Shown: positions 1-12,616, counted from the first letter of the whole stretch. The stretch: DNA of 61,840 bases, filler included, from Stramenopiles sp. TOSAG23-3 (GCA_900128585.1; 13 parts of 13 records of this genome joined end to end with filler, not necessarily neighbours in it); one strand, 5' to 3'. The notes: a model not told the origin generated them from the letters alone. Numbers and translations are program-made.

Positions 1-1005
1 TATAATATACTCTAATATACCTGTATTATTATTATTGTGTGGAATACTTTTTTTGACTATACTTCCCATACCAGGTCACACCACCGGGGAAAATGCTTTC
101 AGCTTGTTGTTGGAATAATAATAATAATCGAAATAATGAACGTGACGAGACGTGACCCATTTTAGAATAATTAAAGGTATACATAAAATCCACTCAATAT
201 TTTAACTTATATTAAATGAATGTAATATAATTAATACATAAATAAATAAAACGAATACATCCTTAATTTTAAGACAGTCAGCGCATTTTGGAAACGCTTC
301 CTTTCTTCAAGTTGTTTTTTATTTATAATTAAATAAATAGGAAAGAATAAATCCATTTAAATATACAAGTATTGTATAGTATATAAGTACATAGGGTATA
401 TTATTCAATAACAAATATTAAAACTATATATTAGAACTATATAATAAAGGATATAGATGAAACGAAACCAACTCTGAAATCATACTTGTATGTTCAATTA
501 TTGTATTCTTTATTGTCACCACAACAATTTTTTTTTCATCCTTCCGGAATGTTCCGAAGAAAAACAAAAAGAATAAAGAATATTCGAGAACTCAAATGTT
601 CTGTGCTCTACGAGGCAACGAGGTAATCCTCATAATAAATACCCTAATATCTAACTCTATCTTTAGAAGATTAGTTATTTGTAATGGTCGGACTGTGTGA
701 CCTTGAAAAGTAAATATAAAAAAAAAAAATATTATTCTAATAATTTTTTTAAATTATTTTTTAGATACAGAGTGTCTACCGGTTTTAATACGGGTACCGT
801 ACGTACGGCACGAACACAATCTGTTTATACAAAGAAAAACATAACATGTTTTTTTGATTGAGATAGCAATAAGTGTGTATAAATAAATTAAACCAATCGT
901 TGAATTAATAAATAGTATAAAGTTATTCCGTTTATTCAGGGTGGTGTGTGTTAGTGTGTGTGCGGGGGTGTAGCTGTTTTTTGGTTTCAATAGAGTAGAG
1001 CAATC

Positions 1006-2731
1006 ATGGCGTCGGGAAGTTTCGACGCAACAAACCTTTTATGGAGTGATACGTTTGGCTTGGAGCCTCAATCTCCAGAAAGTCCGAATAGCCAGAAGAT
1101 ACGTTCTATGTCGGAGGGATTTTTGACCGCCCCTTTCATTCCAGTAGGGGGAAATGTGCGCACGTTGAACTTTCAACATTACCAGAAGAATATTTACATG
1201 GACACTGGGCAAATTGGAGCGATATTCACGGGCGCGGAAGCTAGGGCGAACGGCGAGGAAAATAGTCCACATGATGACACGCACGCGAAGTTTAACTGGG
1301 GCATATACATCACCCTGCTAATGTCCACGGTGGGGGGGGGGGATGCTCTCCATCCCGTACGCCTTTAAGCTCGTGGGCGTACCGGTAGGCCTGATTATGC
1401 TGCTGTGCACGGCGTTGGCGATGACGTTTACGGCAGAGCTGCTCCTGGACGTCCATTTGAAGACTGGAAAGATCACGTTCCAAGAATTCGGGTCGATCGC
1501 TTTCGGGCCCGTGTCTGTGCTGTTCTTTGAGTTTATTAAGACCGTCGCGATTTGGGGATGCTGCATTGGCTACATGACTATTATGCTCGGCGTGCTGAAG
1601 GAGCTGCTCCCGGAGCTGGGCTTCAAACAAGGCACCTTTGCGGCCGACAATGTGTTCATGACGTCCTTCATTTTTGGTGTTCTTGTTTTTCCGCTGTGCC
1701 TGATGCAAAACATCAACAGTTTGCGCTACTCCAGCTACGCGGGGGCGTCGTTTTCCGTCTACATTGCCTTTCTCGTGCCGATCGACTTTTTTTCTTCGTC
1801 GAAGGGGTCCGTTACGACCAACTTAAAAGCCGTGTTGCACTGGCCCCGCTCGGCGTACAACGTGCCTGTTGCCCTTGGGATTTTCTTCTTTGCGTATGTG
1901 CTGCATCTGAACGTGGTCCCGCTGTATTACACGATGCGTACCAAAGTCCCAGAAAAAATGAGGACGACGATACGATGTGTTGTTGCAACTGCAACGTTTG
2001 CTTACGCGCTCGTTGGGGTATTTGGGTACGCCCATTTTATGGATCATACCCACGACAACGTGCTGTTCAACTTTCTCCCGCTGGGTGCCTCGTCGTACGT
2101 CATTGCACGGCTGTCGGTCTGTTTCATCGCTGCGACCGCATTCCCGCTAGTATTTTTCCCTCTGCGAAGGACGTTGGAAGAATTGTGCTCGGACTTTATC
2201 TACAGGAAGAAGCGAGTCTTGAAGCTGGGCCCCATTGGTTTTATTATAGAAGTGTTTAGCTTGCTATTTCTGACGTTCTGCATCGCAGTAAGCGTCCCCG
2301 GCATTGGTGTCGTCTTTGGCTTTACAGGTAGTTCAAGCGTCGTCATAATCTGCTTCCTGTTTCCGTCGATGTTGTACCTGAAAATTGGGTCAATGGACAA
2401 CAGAAGTTTGAACGACGCGATGCGAGCCGGCTTCGTTGCAAAGGATGGGACATACAACGTTTCGAAGGCCCGAAGCTACAGCCATTGCAGTAGCAGCAGC
2501 GGCGACCAGAACGATTACATAGACTACGCGACATTTGATGGGTTGTACGACGACGTTGCAAGCGAGTACAACGCCGACGATGCCGCCATGCGCCGTGCAC
2601 GCGTGGGGCTTTCGGGGATTCAGAGAAAGTACGATTGGAAAAAGCACGCATCCATTTTCGTTGGGGTCGTTGGGCTGTTCACGGGGTGCGTCTGCACCTA
2701 CTGTACCATCGCCGGGAAAGCCGTAGAGTAA
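1006..2731 (+). CDS. Amino acid transporter (Aa_trans / SLC38-AAAP family), split by a +1 frameshift in the G-run at 1332-1342
   Basis: ORF 1006-1368 reads ...ITLLMSTVGGG and ORF 1343-2731 starts MLSIPYAFKLVG. Joined, they give the family TM1 motif (GxG.LSIPYAF..xG). About 11 hydrophobic segments follow, with motifs SLRYSS, FFFAYVLH and GVFGY. Confidence 0.9.
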
Positions 2732-3060
2732 AGTAGACCGTGTGTGGCATATTACAAGACGTACGCACATGCTAAATGACTGTTTACTCTCTCACTTTTT
2801 AATATCATATGATATCATTAGTTTTTTTTTCAATTATTCTTATATCTTAAAGTATGATATGCTATGATATCATAGGACTCTCATTTCAAATCAATTACTA
2901 TTTTCAGTTCCAACCTTATATCTTAAATATGTGGGTACGAAGTATTATTATACAGTGTTCTTATAAATCAATATTATAAACAAATTAACATTATATACAA
3001 CAAGTAGGGGGGAAGAGTATCCAATATTCTCCCCCCTTCGCGCGCGGTGTGCGCATTCTT

Positions 3061-4050
3061 CTAAATGATCGGTGCTGCGAAAAGATGAGAAATATATTTA
3101 GTGTTAGATGAAGCTTCAAATGCACAAAGGGGTTTTGAGGAGGAGAAGAAGTTCCTGTACAGAGGTCTGTATGCATCCATCAGACAAATGCCTCGTTTGT
3201 CTCTCATGACATGAACAACTGCTCGCATAACGCGAGCAGCCACTCGTCGGACTCGTCATCTATGTTTGGTCATCATCTGGGTACATACAGCACACGGGGA
3301 GGGCGGTGAGGGGCCAGGCGTGCTGCTGCTTGCAGCGCACTGGCAATGGTTCGTACGAAAAGCTCTTCTTCTTTGCAAGCCGCAATATCTCAGATAAAAA
3401 GATAACTTGTTTGTAGTTTCACGCCTCAAAAAGAGACTCAAAGGTGTCCTAAGATGATAATCCTCATTGAAATTGCGTTCCTGCACAAACCAAACACGTA
3501 GTGGGGGCACACTGAGCGGCCCACAACCAGCATTTTTCAGAAAGTCATAAAAATTGATAACTTGCGATCTCCCCACGGTTTAGTTGGACTGGGGCGGCAA
3601 ATGTTTAATCATTCTTTCATGTTTGCGAATAAATAAAGCCCCGCCAAAACAAGGAAAAGTGTTCCATCAAAGGAGAGCAAGAAGTTGTGTGTGTGTGCGG
3701 AGAAAAAACATCTAGGAGTTGGACAGTCATAAGGTCTCCAAAGTAGGTTTGCGCTCATTGTCAATAACTCGCACAATGTAGATAAATATGTATAATCATA
3801 CCGAACCAACGACTTGACGCTTTCTGCAAGATGAGAAAAGAAAGAGACGGTGTGTGTGTGGGGGGAATACGGGGAGTGGGCACGAACGTCTCGCGATCGT
3901 TTCCTATACTTACACGTTTACAAGCACCAAGACCCGTATGGGGCCAATGGCATATGGTACGCTGGAGGGAAGGCATGCTTCCCCCGACCAACAGGACGAC
4001 GACTCTCGGGCCGACCTTTGTTATTCGTCGTCCTACATACTTCCTGTTTT
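3061..4050 (-). other. Possible multi-exon gene or decayed pseudogene, product unknown
   Basis: Coding-like GC content with no long ORF. A canonical-looking minus-strand intron at 3824-3913 reads GTAAGT...pyrimidine tract...TTGCAG. ORFs 3256-3576 and 3061-3243 are in the same frame, separated by one TGA. Confidence 0.3.
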
Positions 4051-4562
4051 TTCGTTCAACTTGTGAATATATACAATAAGTCTTCTGGTGTTTTATTGAA
4101 ATGACACGAAGCTACGAGATAAAATGAAGGAATATTCTTCTACTAGTGTATTATAAAAAGCATAAAGCGCTTAGTAAGGGATTCCAGTTGGATACTAGTT
4201 GGTATTTACTTGCTTCTACACCTTCGTACTAACTAACTAATTTCACTTCTTTTTTTGTTTGTGCGGTGGCGCGAAGAGAAGAAAAGAGAAAATAAAAAAA
4301 TAATAATAAATAAGTATAAAGTATTGTATAGTATCATAATGTAATGTCCTATATAATATTGAAGAGGTGATAGGATTTTTCCTGGTTAAACAGTACGAAC
4401 ATTGTACTTAGTTTTCTGTAGTCCTAGTTTAAATTTACCAAGAAGAAGATGAGTATAAATAATAATAAGAAGAAGAAAACAATATATAAATATGAATGAC
4501 AATGGGTGGTGGTGAATGAAGGAAAGGAGAACAAACTAAAATGGATTTAGCATCTTTTAATC

Positions 4563-4687
4563 CTTCTTCTTCTTCTTTCTTTCTTTCTTTCTTTTAATTC
4601 TTCTTCTTTCTTTTTTTAATTCTTCTTCTTTCTTTTAATTCTTCTTCTTTCTTTTAATTCTTCTTCTTTCTTCTTCTTCTTCTTCTT
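4563..4687. repeat. (TTC)n / TTCTTTTAA low-complexity pyrimidine tract at a contig end
   Basis: Seen directly. Similar GAA/GAAA tracts lie at 9569-9720, 19124-19330, 28835-28960, 33244-33321, 40145-40320, 42570-42830 and 52444-52610, mostly at contig ends. Confidence 0.9.
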
Positions 4688-4787
4688 NNNNNNNNNNNNN
4701 NNNNNNNNNNNNNNNNNNNNNNNNNNNNNNNTTAATTAATTAANNNNNNNNNNNNNNNNNNNNNNNNNNNNNNNNNNNNNNNNNNNN
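4688..4787. other. Artificial contig linker N44-TTAATTAATTAA-N44 (stops in all six frames)
   Basis: Identical 100-nt linkers at 4688, 9469, 14248, 19024, 23796, 28565, 33322, 38079, 42835, 47590, 52344 and 57097. Intervening contig lengths never increase (4681, 4679, 4676, 4672, 4669, 4657, 4657, 4656, 4655, 4654, 4653). Confidence 0.98.
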
Positions 4788-7700
4788 GAAAAGTCGATGA
4801 ATTCCAGGAACGCTTTTGGCCATGGAACGTCGACGGCAAAGCCCAAAGCGGCGTTGATTTGCATGAAACCAAAGAAGATCCTCAGGCGCCCAGAAAATTT
4901 TGAATACGGACCAATCTTGAACCCACCATCGGAGCCCTCAGAGGCGCCAGAGGCCTCCTCGACGACTCCTTCCACGTCAAGTTTTTCCCTGGACTTTCGG
5001 CGCATCTTTGCGATGGCACTCAGAACTGTCAAGGCCGTTCCAATGCGGATGGTCGCTTTCGGTGGTGGCGGGGCCTTTGCACGGTTCAGTAAATACGACA
5101 GTACACCTGAGTACATGATGCAAGCAATAAATATCATCCACCCGGTCCCGGACGTTCCCGTCCCATCTTCGCAAGGAGCGCACACACCTCCCATTTGCAC
5201 ATAGTTTTCAGCGCAGAGGGCACAGACCACGCCGGCGTTCCCTTTTGTGCACTGGTCGTCTGATGTCGTTGCAATTGCAGTACCAGCGCACGCGTCCGGT
5301 ACAGGGCAGGAATAAAAGGTTGGAGAATCCTGTGCAGACCGCCAGTACCCCTTCTGCGAAATGATGGTACCCAACAGTGTATTCACACGGGGGCATAGCC
5401 CGCCTTCCGGGCACGGTTTGCAATAGTCTTCCTTGCCAGTTGGGTCTGTATGATGGTAATAGGTTTGTCGGCACATGCACCCTGTTGCATTAGCGACACC
5501 GGTAGTTCCATTAGTGGTCGTTGACAAGGCGAATTCGGTGCACTTGGTGCACTGTGCCGGGGCAGTGCTCCCCGTAGCCTCGTTGTAAGTGTCAACAGGA
5601 CAAGGTAGGCACCTCGGCTGCCCTTTGACGTTTTGATAGGTGCCTGCGGCGCACGGTTCACAGTACAGATGTCCGCTTGTATCCGCAACCATGGCGGTTC
5701 CCAGGTCACACACTACACAAGTGTCATCGACACGTACCCTGCCTTGGTCGCAGATGCAGTCGCCGATAGAGGTGCTTCCTTCGTCCGTAGCTTTTGAATT
5801 CTCAGGACATTCCGTGTATGCAGTGCTCCCATTTGTGCTTACAAACGTATTACGCGGACACGGTCCGCACATTAAAATGCCAGGCACTGCTTTGAACTTC
5901 CCGGTGGCGCAATTGGTACAAGAGTAGCCTTGGGCCTCTTGGCCCGCCGGACAAGCAATCGGCATGCACTTGATGGTGTCTAAATCGTATTGCCAGGACG
6001 TCCCTGGTGGACAGATGGACGTGTCCGTCCCATCTATGGCAAGAATATCCGTTGGAATTTCCGTGGAAATATTCAAATATGTGTTTGTGTATTGAATCCC
6101 GGCATAAATCTGTGTCTTGGATAAATCGCCCAATTCCGATTTCTTGCAGCAATTTGGGAAAAGCTTCGAACATGCGTTCGGGTCCGAAAAAGGCTCTCTT
6201 GACAAAAGATCTCTGTTTTGAACAATTTTTGCCAATTCTGAACCGTTTACTTTTGCAACGACAGGTTGTTTGTTTTCGCCCCACAGCACGTCATATCCAT
6301 GGACATTTTCTATCCTTGTGTTGCGAAAAACTAACGGCAAGTACACATTAGAGGAGTCACATATATACTCGCCGCTCAGGGTAGAATAGATGTAATCTCT
6401 ACCAAATTGCCACTTTAACATGTCGTTGTAGTGACTGTAGACCAAGGCCTTTGTGTTCATGTTTACGAATTCACAATCGCTAAATGTCAGTGGCGAACCA
6501 CGAGTCACGATGACCGCATGGGTGCTGGATAAGTTTTGGAACGTCACGCCGTGAAATATTACTGGTGCTTGTATTGTGCCTTCCCTCGTGCTCAATATAT
6601 TTATCAGTGACACAGTTGTTGAACTACCATCAAAGACTAACATTTCAATATAAACAGGGGCTGTGCCTGTTCCATAAGCTGTGAGGCAAGGCACTTCATT
6701 CGACGAACAGCGTAACACTGAACGATGGGCCATGTAAGCAGTGCGTGTACGAAACACGACCTTTTGATTCTTCATTACAACGGCCAAGCCCGATACGACA
6801 AACGAACGGTCCGCTTTGACATAGAAGCGAAGGCGATCTATTGAGTTTTTCATCTCGGTTTCTAGATTGTTTGTGCGCCCAAGCGGAATTACTGCGATGC
6901 GGTTTTGATACCATGTATAGCTAGGATCGTAACCAGAAGACCCAGCGAACTGCTCTAAAGGAGCGGTAGAACTGGCCAAATCCATGGCTCCATCGCCGTT
7001 AAAGTCGGCAGCCACTACATAGGAAGCATACTGAGATGTGTCCGAAAGGATCACTTGAGCTCCGAATGTTCCTTTTCCGTCTACGTTTTCATACCAGGCA
7101 ATCTTATGGTCCTGTTCAGAAGCACTGGCGATATCCATATCCCCGTCTCCGTCTAAGTCCGCAACATATACGCTTTGTGGTTTTTCCACACTCGTCGAAA
7201 CGATCCGCTGCGTACCAAATGTACCCTTCCCATCTTTATTCTCGTACCATGCGATGTTGTTGCTGTACGGATAAGCACTTGCCAAGTCAATGTCCCCATC
7301 CCCGTCGATGTCAGCAGCAAAGATACTTCGGCCCCCCTCTGCAAAAATAGACACGTTGGTTTTTGAATCAAATGTCCCATTACCGTCTGTGTTTTCATAC
7401 CACAGAACTTCAGTGTCAGTGCCAACAACCAGGTCTACATCCTTATCCCCGTCTAGGTCGGCAGCAAAAACGCTCACGCCAGGAATGTCGGAAACGGTAT
7501 GCCTTATCGCAAAGGTGCCTTTACCGTCTGTATTTTCGTACCACGCAGTTTCTCCACTGACAAGGTTTTTAAAAGGCGCGATCGGGTTCGAAGAAGTGGC
7601 ACTAATACTAACAAAATCCATGTCTCCGTCCCCGTCGATATCGGCAGCAAAAACGCCCTGGACCGACCCGACCGGTTGTTTGATGTTTGGTTGGTTGATA

Positions 7701-9468
7701 TATTGGGGTTTAAATATCCCGTCGTCGTCAAATTTGTACCATATAACATCTTGGCTGAGTCCAAAAACCAAATCGATATCCCCGTCCCCATCAAAGTCAG
7801 CACCGTGTACACATGTAGTTTCCACGTCAACCCACCCCCCATTCCTTTCAATCATTCCATTTCTTTCGAATGAATGAAAACCAGGAAAACTAAAGACCCT
7901 CATCTTGCCATTAGCGCCACCATGAAACGTCCAATCTCCTGCCCAGTAGGTAGAACCAACAGCCAAATCCGGGTTGCCGTCCCCTTCAATGTCGGTCGCA
8001 AATAAACCATAGCCAACAGAACTACTCTCGATTTGCTGTGGAGTACCAAACTTTAGATCATTTAGAATCACTATTGGAAGTTCATACCATATAATTTTCA
8101 TCGTACTGGTACCGATGGCGAGATCCATATCCCCGTCTCCGTCGAAATCGGCAGCAATTACATTTTTAATGGACATACCAACTTCAGAGTTCGAAGTTGT
8201 GAGCAAGGACAATGGTCCAAACGTTCCCTTTCCGTCTGTATTTTCATACCATCCGATATTGTTTTGCCCCTTAGTACACGCAAAATCAATATCATTATCA
8301 CCGTCAAGGTCCGCAGCGAACACACTTGTTCGGCCGCTTGCTGAAATGATCTGCTCAGTTCCAAAGGTTCCATTTCCATCGGTGTTTTCATACCACGAAG
8401 AATCGCTCATGATATCCGCGTCCCCGTCCCCGTTGAGGTCGACAATTATCACATTGCTGGATCCCTTGTTTGAAACTACCCGTCCTTTGCCGAACGACCC
8501 CTTACCGTTTATGTTCTCGTGCCACAAAACTTTATTGTTTGTACCAATGGCCAAATCGACGTCTCCGTCCCCGTCGATGTCAGCAGCGTGCATGCTCGAG
8601 CCACCGAATGCAGACACATTCATTTGCGCCCAAACGGCCCCTTTGCCGTCAACATTTTCGTACCATGAAGTGCTTTTGTCAGTAGCAATTGCTAAATCTA
8701 TATCATCGTCACCATCAATATCAGCAGCAAATATTACAATATGTTGATTGCCGCCTATGATTTTCGTAACATTATTTTCCGCCCAACTCTTTCCTTTGCC
8801 ATCTTTATTTTCGTACCATACAACCTGACCATAAGTGTACGTACTGACGATATCAATGTCCCCATCTCCGTCTATGTCAGCGGAGATTGGGTCACCCATA
8901 GGCTGGTGTCCAACATACGGATCATTCCATAACCCCGTCCCCGTCAAAACACCACTCCTATGCACAACATGCACTGTCCAAGACGTACCTCTACCGTCTG
9001 TATTTTCATACCATGTAATTCCATTGTCTACCAAATCTGCATCTCCGTCCCCGTCAATGTCGGCAGCGAACGCCCCAGATGCAAACGTATCACTCTCATC
9101 AGAGACTATATGCAAGACAGAACCGCTCATTTCTTTATCATCGCCGCTGGCCATACAATACGATGGACCGCCAGAATTGCCCCGAACTATATCTTCTGCT
9201 TCAACCCCATGCCGGCCAGCAGGGCAATCTTCGCAACCATCAGTACCTGTACTCTCGTATTTTCCCGCCGGGCATAACTCTTCCACGCCCATTCGGCATA
9301 CCGCACCTGCGCGGCATAGGCTACATTCTAATCCTCCTGTAGGAGAATAGTACCCAACGGAGGGGCAATTTACACAAACGTGTGGGCTGGTTTGACCAGT
9401 CTGGTTCCCATATTTTCCAGCAGGGCACAATATTTTTGATGTAACGTTCGGACAGTATGATCCTTTTG
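4788..9468 (-). CDS. Large membrane protein (partial at both ends): Cys-rich GCC2/GCC3-type repeats, 14 FG-GAP/VCBS repeats, more Cys-rich repeats, then TM region
   Basis: 14 copies of D(I/L/F)xGDGDxD, mostly with WYENxDGxGxF linkers. CPAGKY / CAAGTYQ / CPVDTY Cys-rich repeats. GYWR...CP...C motif, then hydrophobic WMIFIACIMYSGVLSYLL and IFFGFMQI...VPWP segments. Confidence 0.85.
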
Positions 9469-10045
9469 NNNNNNNNNNNNNNNNNNNNNNNNNNNNNNNN
9501 NNNNNNNNNNNNTTAATTAATTAANNNNNNNNNNNNNNNNNNNNNNNNNNNNNNNNNNNNNNNNNNNNTCTTTCTTCTTTCTTCTTTCTTCTTTCTTCTT
9601 TCTTCTTTCTTCTTTCTTCTTTCTTCTTTCTTCTTTCTTCTTCTTTTTCTTCTTCTTCTTTCTTCTTCTTTCTTCTTTCTTCTTCTTCTTGTTTCTTGTT
9701 GTTTCTTGTTGCTTCTTTTTTCTTCAGAAATGTCAAAAAAAAAAATAATTAAATAATAGTCAGCCTATTATAACAGCTCTCTCCTCAGCATTGCAGCAGC
9801 ATTGAATTAAATAAAATGTTTTTTTTTTGGTCGTCTATTTTTTACATAAACGGTTGTGTTTAATAAACAAACATTCACATTATTAGATGCAAATACAAAA
9901 AGAACCCCCCCCTCCTTCCCATTTCATTCCTCTCACACCACACCACACCACCACCTTTGTGTTCTTCAACAATTTAAAATCAAGATCATACTTGGTACTT
10001 GGTTGTTCACAGGTATATACATTACTTTGAAAAAGAAGCAAGAAG

Positions 10046-12376
10046 ATGGACTTGAAACAGGTCAGTAGGGGGACACTCTCAGTGTGCCTTTTTGTTGCAG
10101 CAACGCAACTATTGTTGGCCGCCGCTATGGTTCCTATGAACACTCGCTTCCCGTACCTTCTCGCGAACGGAGACTTGGCACCTCCCCACCGAGGAAATTA
10201 TATCGAAGTCATGTCCCGACCGATACGAACAACGTATTCCGAAGTCTTTTGGACACAGCAAGACCCGGTCCCACTACCTGCAGAGTTTGTAAAAAAATAC
10301 GCAGGCCAAACCGTTGGTTTTGTTGGGTACGAAGCGGATGTCGTTCGGATGAACAAAACGTCAGGGAAGTACGCGTCCGTGCCTTGCTACGAACAGTACA
10401 ACCACCACTATGCAGTGTCGCTGTTAGGGAACGAATCTAAAATGGCATTTGTTGGCCGTCAAACCTACTTGGACGAGCGTGACATTATGGCCCACCGGCA
10501 CGCCCCACAGTGGCAGGCACAAACGTTGCCCGGCGCCGACCAGGACAGCACCGTCCCTGTCATGCAAATGTTTGTCGAAGGCAATGGAAACGAGCACCGG
10601 AGAACGTTCAAATGGATGCCGAAAGGTTTCGCCCAATACTTGGAGTCCCCAACGTCTTTCTCGCCCAATTTTATGATGATTAACACAAATAACCCGGACA
10701 CTCCTGACTGGGGAAAGCGTGGGGGGCCCTTGCCAAAAGGCGGGCAGATGCCTGGCTGGATTTCGAAAGGATCCCGGGCACCAGAGAACGCCCGATATTC
10801 TGGCCTGCTGGAATGCCCGTGCACGACTCGCGTCGAGAAGGTTTTCACAGGCCACACCCCACGCACAACAGGCACGTGCCCACCATCGTTGGAGATTGAA
10901 AATGCACAGGAGTGCTTTGATGCCTCGTCCGTAATTTACGGTGGAAGTGGGTTTGAAATCCTTGCAAACAACTCAGTGGCAGACTCGGGGGAGCCTGCCG
11001 GGTGTTTCGTTGTTGGGACGCCCAAAGGGTACGAAGTTTACTACAACAATATGACTGCGTCAAAGGCAATGTGCGGAAGCAAAGCTGGCCGCCCTACTCG
11101 AAGCACTGGCCACGAAAGCATCTCGCTGGGTTCGAATTTCTTCGGCCCCGCGTCACTGTACGTCAACGTGTCGCTGGATCTGAACGAGAAAACAAAGAAC
11201 GCCACAATTACGTTGACAGGGCCATCGGACGATTGGTTCGGGGTTGGGTTTGACGCCAAAAAAATGGCAGACACGCCGTACACAATAGTTGTTTCGCCAT
11301 CGAAGGACGCAAGCAAAGCTACCATCGCCGAGCGCCGTCTGGCAAACCACAACCCGGGGCGAATCCTTTCATCTAATAATTTACACGTTGTTTCTGACGT
11401 GGTCCAGGACAAGATGAGAACGGTAACGCTACAGCGCCCTCTGGTAGGCTCAGATTCCGACCATTACACATTTGACGTCGGAGCATCTGCAGTGAATTTG
11501 ATAGCCGCAGTGGGCAGCAGCCCAACGTTTGCCTATCACGGAAACAGGCGAGGCGGAGACGCTCTAATGCTTGTTGAGGTTGGGGCCCCTATTTGTTTGT
11601 GTGAGAGCGTGCACGAGGGAGGCTCGATTGCTGGGTTACCGTGGACTTCGGACTGCTTCAACCCAAACTTGATGGAGCAAAAGAACCCCAGTTGTGACAT
11701 TCGCACGTACCGAGGTGGAATGACTTGCTGCCACCACCATGTGCACTTGTTGGATGCCGACCAGAGGCTACCGACCAAAGTGGACGAGTTTTTTCTGAAG
11801 TTTCGGTTTTATTACGAAGAGAACCCAATCGTTGTCACGGACCCACAAGCAACGAAGAACGTCTTTTTCATGTTCCGTGAAGTGGAGTTCAACCATGGGG
11901 AATACGATGTGCCCCAGTGCACTCCTGGGAGTGATCCACGGGAGTGTGTGCATACTTTGGTCTCGAATTTTCAAGTCAAAGATACCATCAGCTCCTGCGA
12001 TGGCGATCGGAGCAAGTGGATGTGTGCGCCTTCGTATCCCTCCTTTCCGCAATCCCAAGAAATTGATTTAGTCCATGTCAGCGGTCATTGTCACGCACCG
12101 TCTTGCCTTTCCATGGAACTAATAAATGCCGACACGGGACAATCGATTTGCTTGGTGACACCAATCTACGGAAATGGTGGCGACGAGGTGATGAACGAAG
12201 ACGGTTACATTGTTGGGCTGCCACCCTGTGTGTGGTCGAACGATCCAACCACCGGGCTTGAAAAGCCTCTCCGTTTGAGTTTGGATTCAAATCTGACAGC
12301 GATAAAAAAGTGTAACTCTACAAACTTTCATTACGGGGTAATGGCGCACTGGCAAATGCGCGGGGCGTGGGCATAG
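10046..12376 (+). CDS. Secreted SURNod19 / copper type II monooxygenase-like protein with an internal DOMON domain
   Basis: N-terminal signal peptide. GYEADVV...EQYNHHY resembles the SURNod19 N-terminus. C-terminal GHCHAP and HYGVM motifs. Central ITLTGPSDDWFGVGF..KMAD...AYHG is DOMON-like. Confidence 0.7.
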   Translation: MDLKQVSRGTLSVCLFVAATQLLLAAAMVPMNTRFPYLLANGDLAPPHRGNYIEVMSRPIRTTYSEVFWTQQDPVPLPAEFVKKYAGQTVGFVGYEADVVRMNKTSGKYASVPCYEQYNHHYAVSLLGNESKMAFVGRQTYLDERDIMAHRHAPQWQAQTLPGADQDSTVPVMQMFVEGNGNEHRRTFKWMPKGFAQYLESPTSFSPNFMMINTNNPDTPDWGKRGGPLPKGGQMPGWISKGSRAPENARYSGLLECPCTTRVEKVFTGHTPRTTGTCPPSLEIENAQECFDASSVIYGGSGFEILANNSVADSGEPAGCFVVGTPKGYEVYYNNMTASKAMCGSKAGRPTRSTGHESISLGSNFFGPASLYVNVSLDLNEKTKNATITLTGPSDDWFGVGFDAKKMADTPYTIVVSPSKDASKATIAERRLANHNPGRILSSNNLHVVSDVVQDKMRTVTLQRPLVGSDSDHYTFDVGASAVNLIAAVGSSPTFAYHGNRRGGDALMLVEVGAPICLCESVHEGGSIAGLPWTSDCFNPNLMEQKNPSCDIRTYRGGMTCCHHHVHLLDADQRLPTKVDEFFLKFRFYYEENPIVVTDPQATKNVFFMFREVEFNHGEYDVPQCTPGSDPRECVHTLVSNFQVKDTISSCDGDRSKWMCAPSYPSFPQSQEIDLVHVSGHCHAPSCLSMELINADTGQSICLVTPIYGNGGDEVMNEDGYIVGLPPCVWSNDPTTGLEKPLRLSLDSNLTAIKKCNSTNFHYGVMAHWQMRGAWA

Positions 12377-12416
12377 GGGATAGGGCCAACAAAAAAAATA
12401 AATAATTAATTACAAT

Positions 12417-12474
12417 AATAAAAACAAGAAAATTGGCTGTTATTTAAGTAATAAAAAACCAAAATATATAGTAT
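12417..12474 (+). repeat. Dispersed non-coding repeat, module A (ACAAGAAAATTGGCTGTTATTTAAG)
   Basis: Near-identical copies at 14860-14896, 14977-15015 (reverse), 23686-23738, 56701-56738 and 57019-57057, and a degenerate copy at 59748-59766. Confidence 0.85.
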
Positions 12475-12616
12475 AATAATAATTGGAAAAGAAGAAATGC
12501 TCAGGCAGGACAAGGCAGTAATTTTAGTACTACGCGTATTATATACATTCTCTACTCTAATAATTAATAATTCAGCACCACCAACGTAGTACGATACGAT
12601 ATCCTACCGTTTTTAA

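Noticed and set aside
3253-3261. In-frame TGA as possible selenocysteine
   Set aside because: The context (KHR*RVRR) has no redox motif, no convincing SECIS was seen, and the upstream ORF lacks an ATG.
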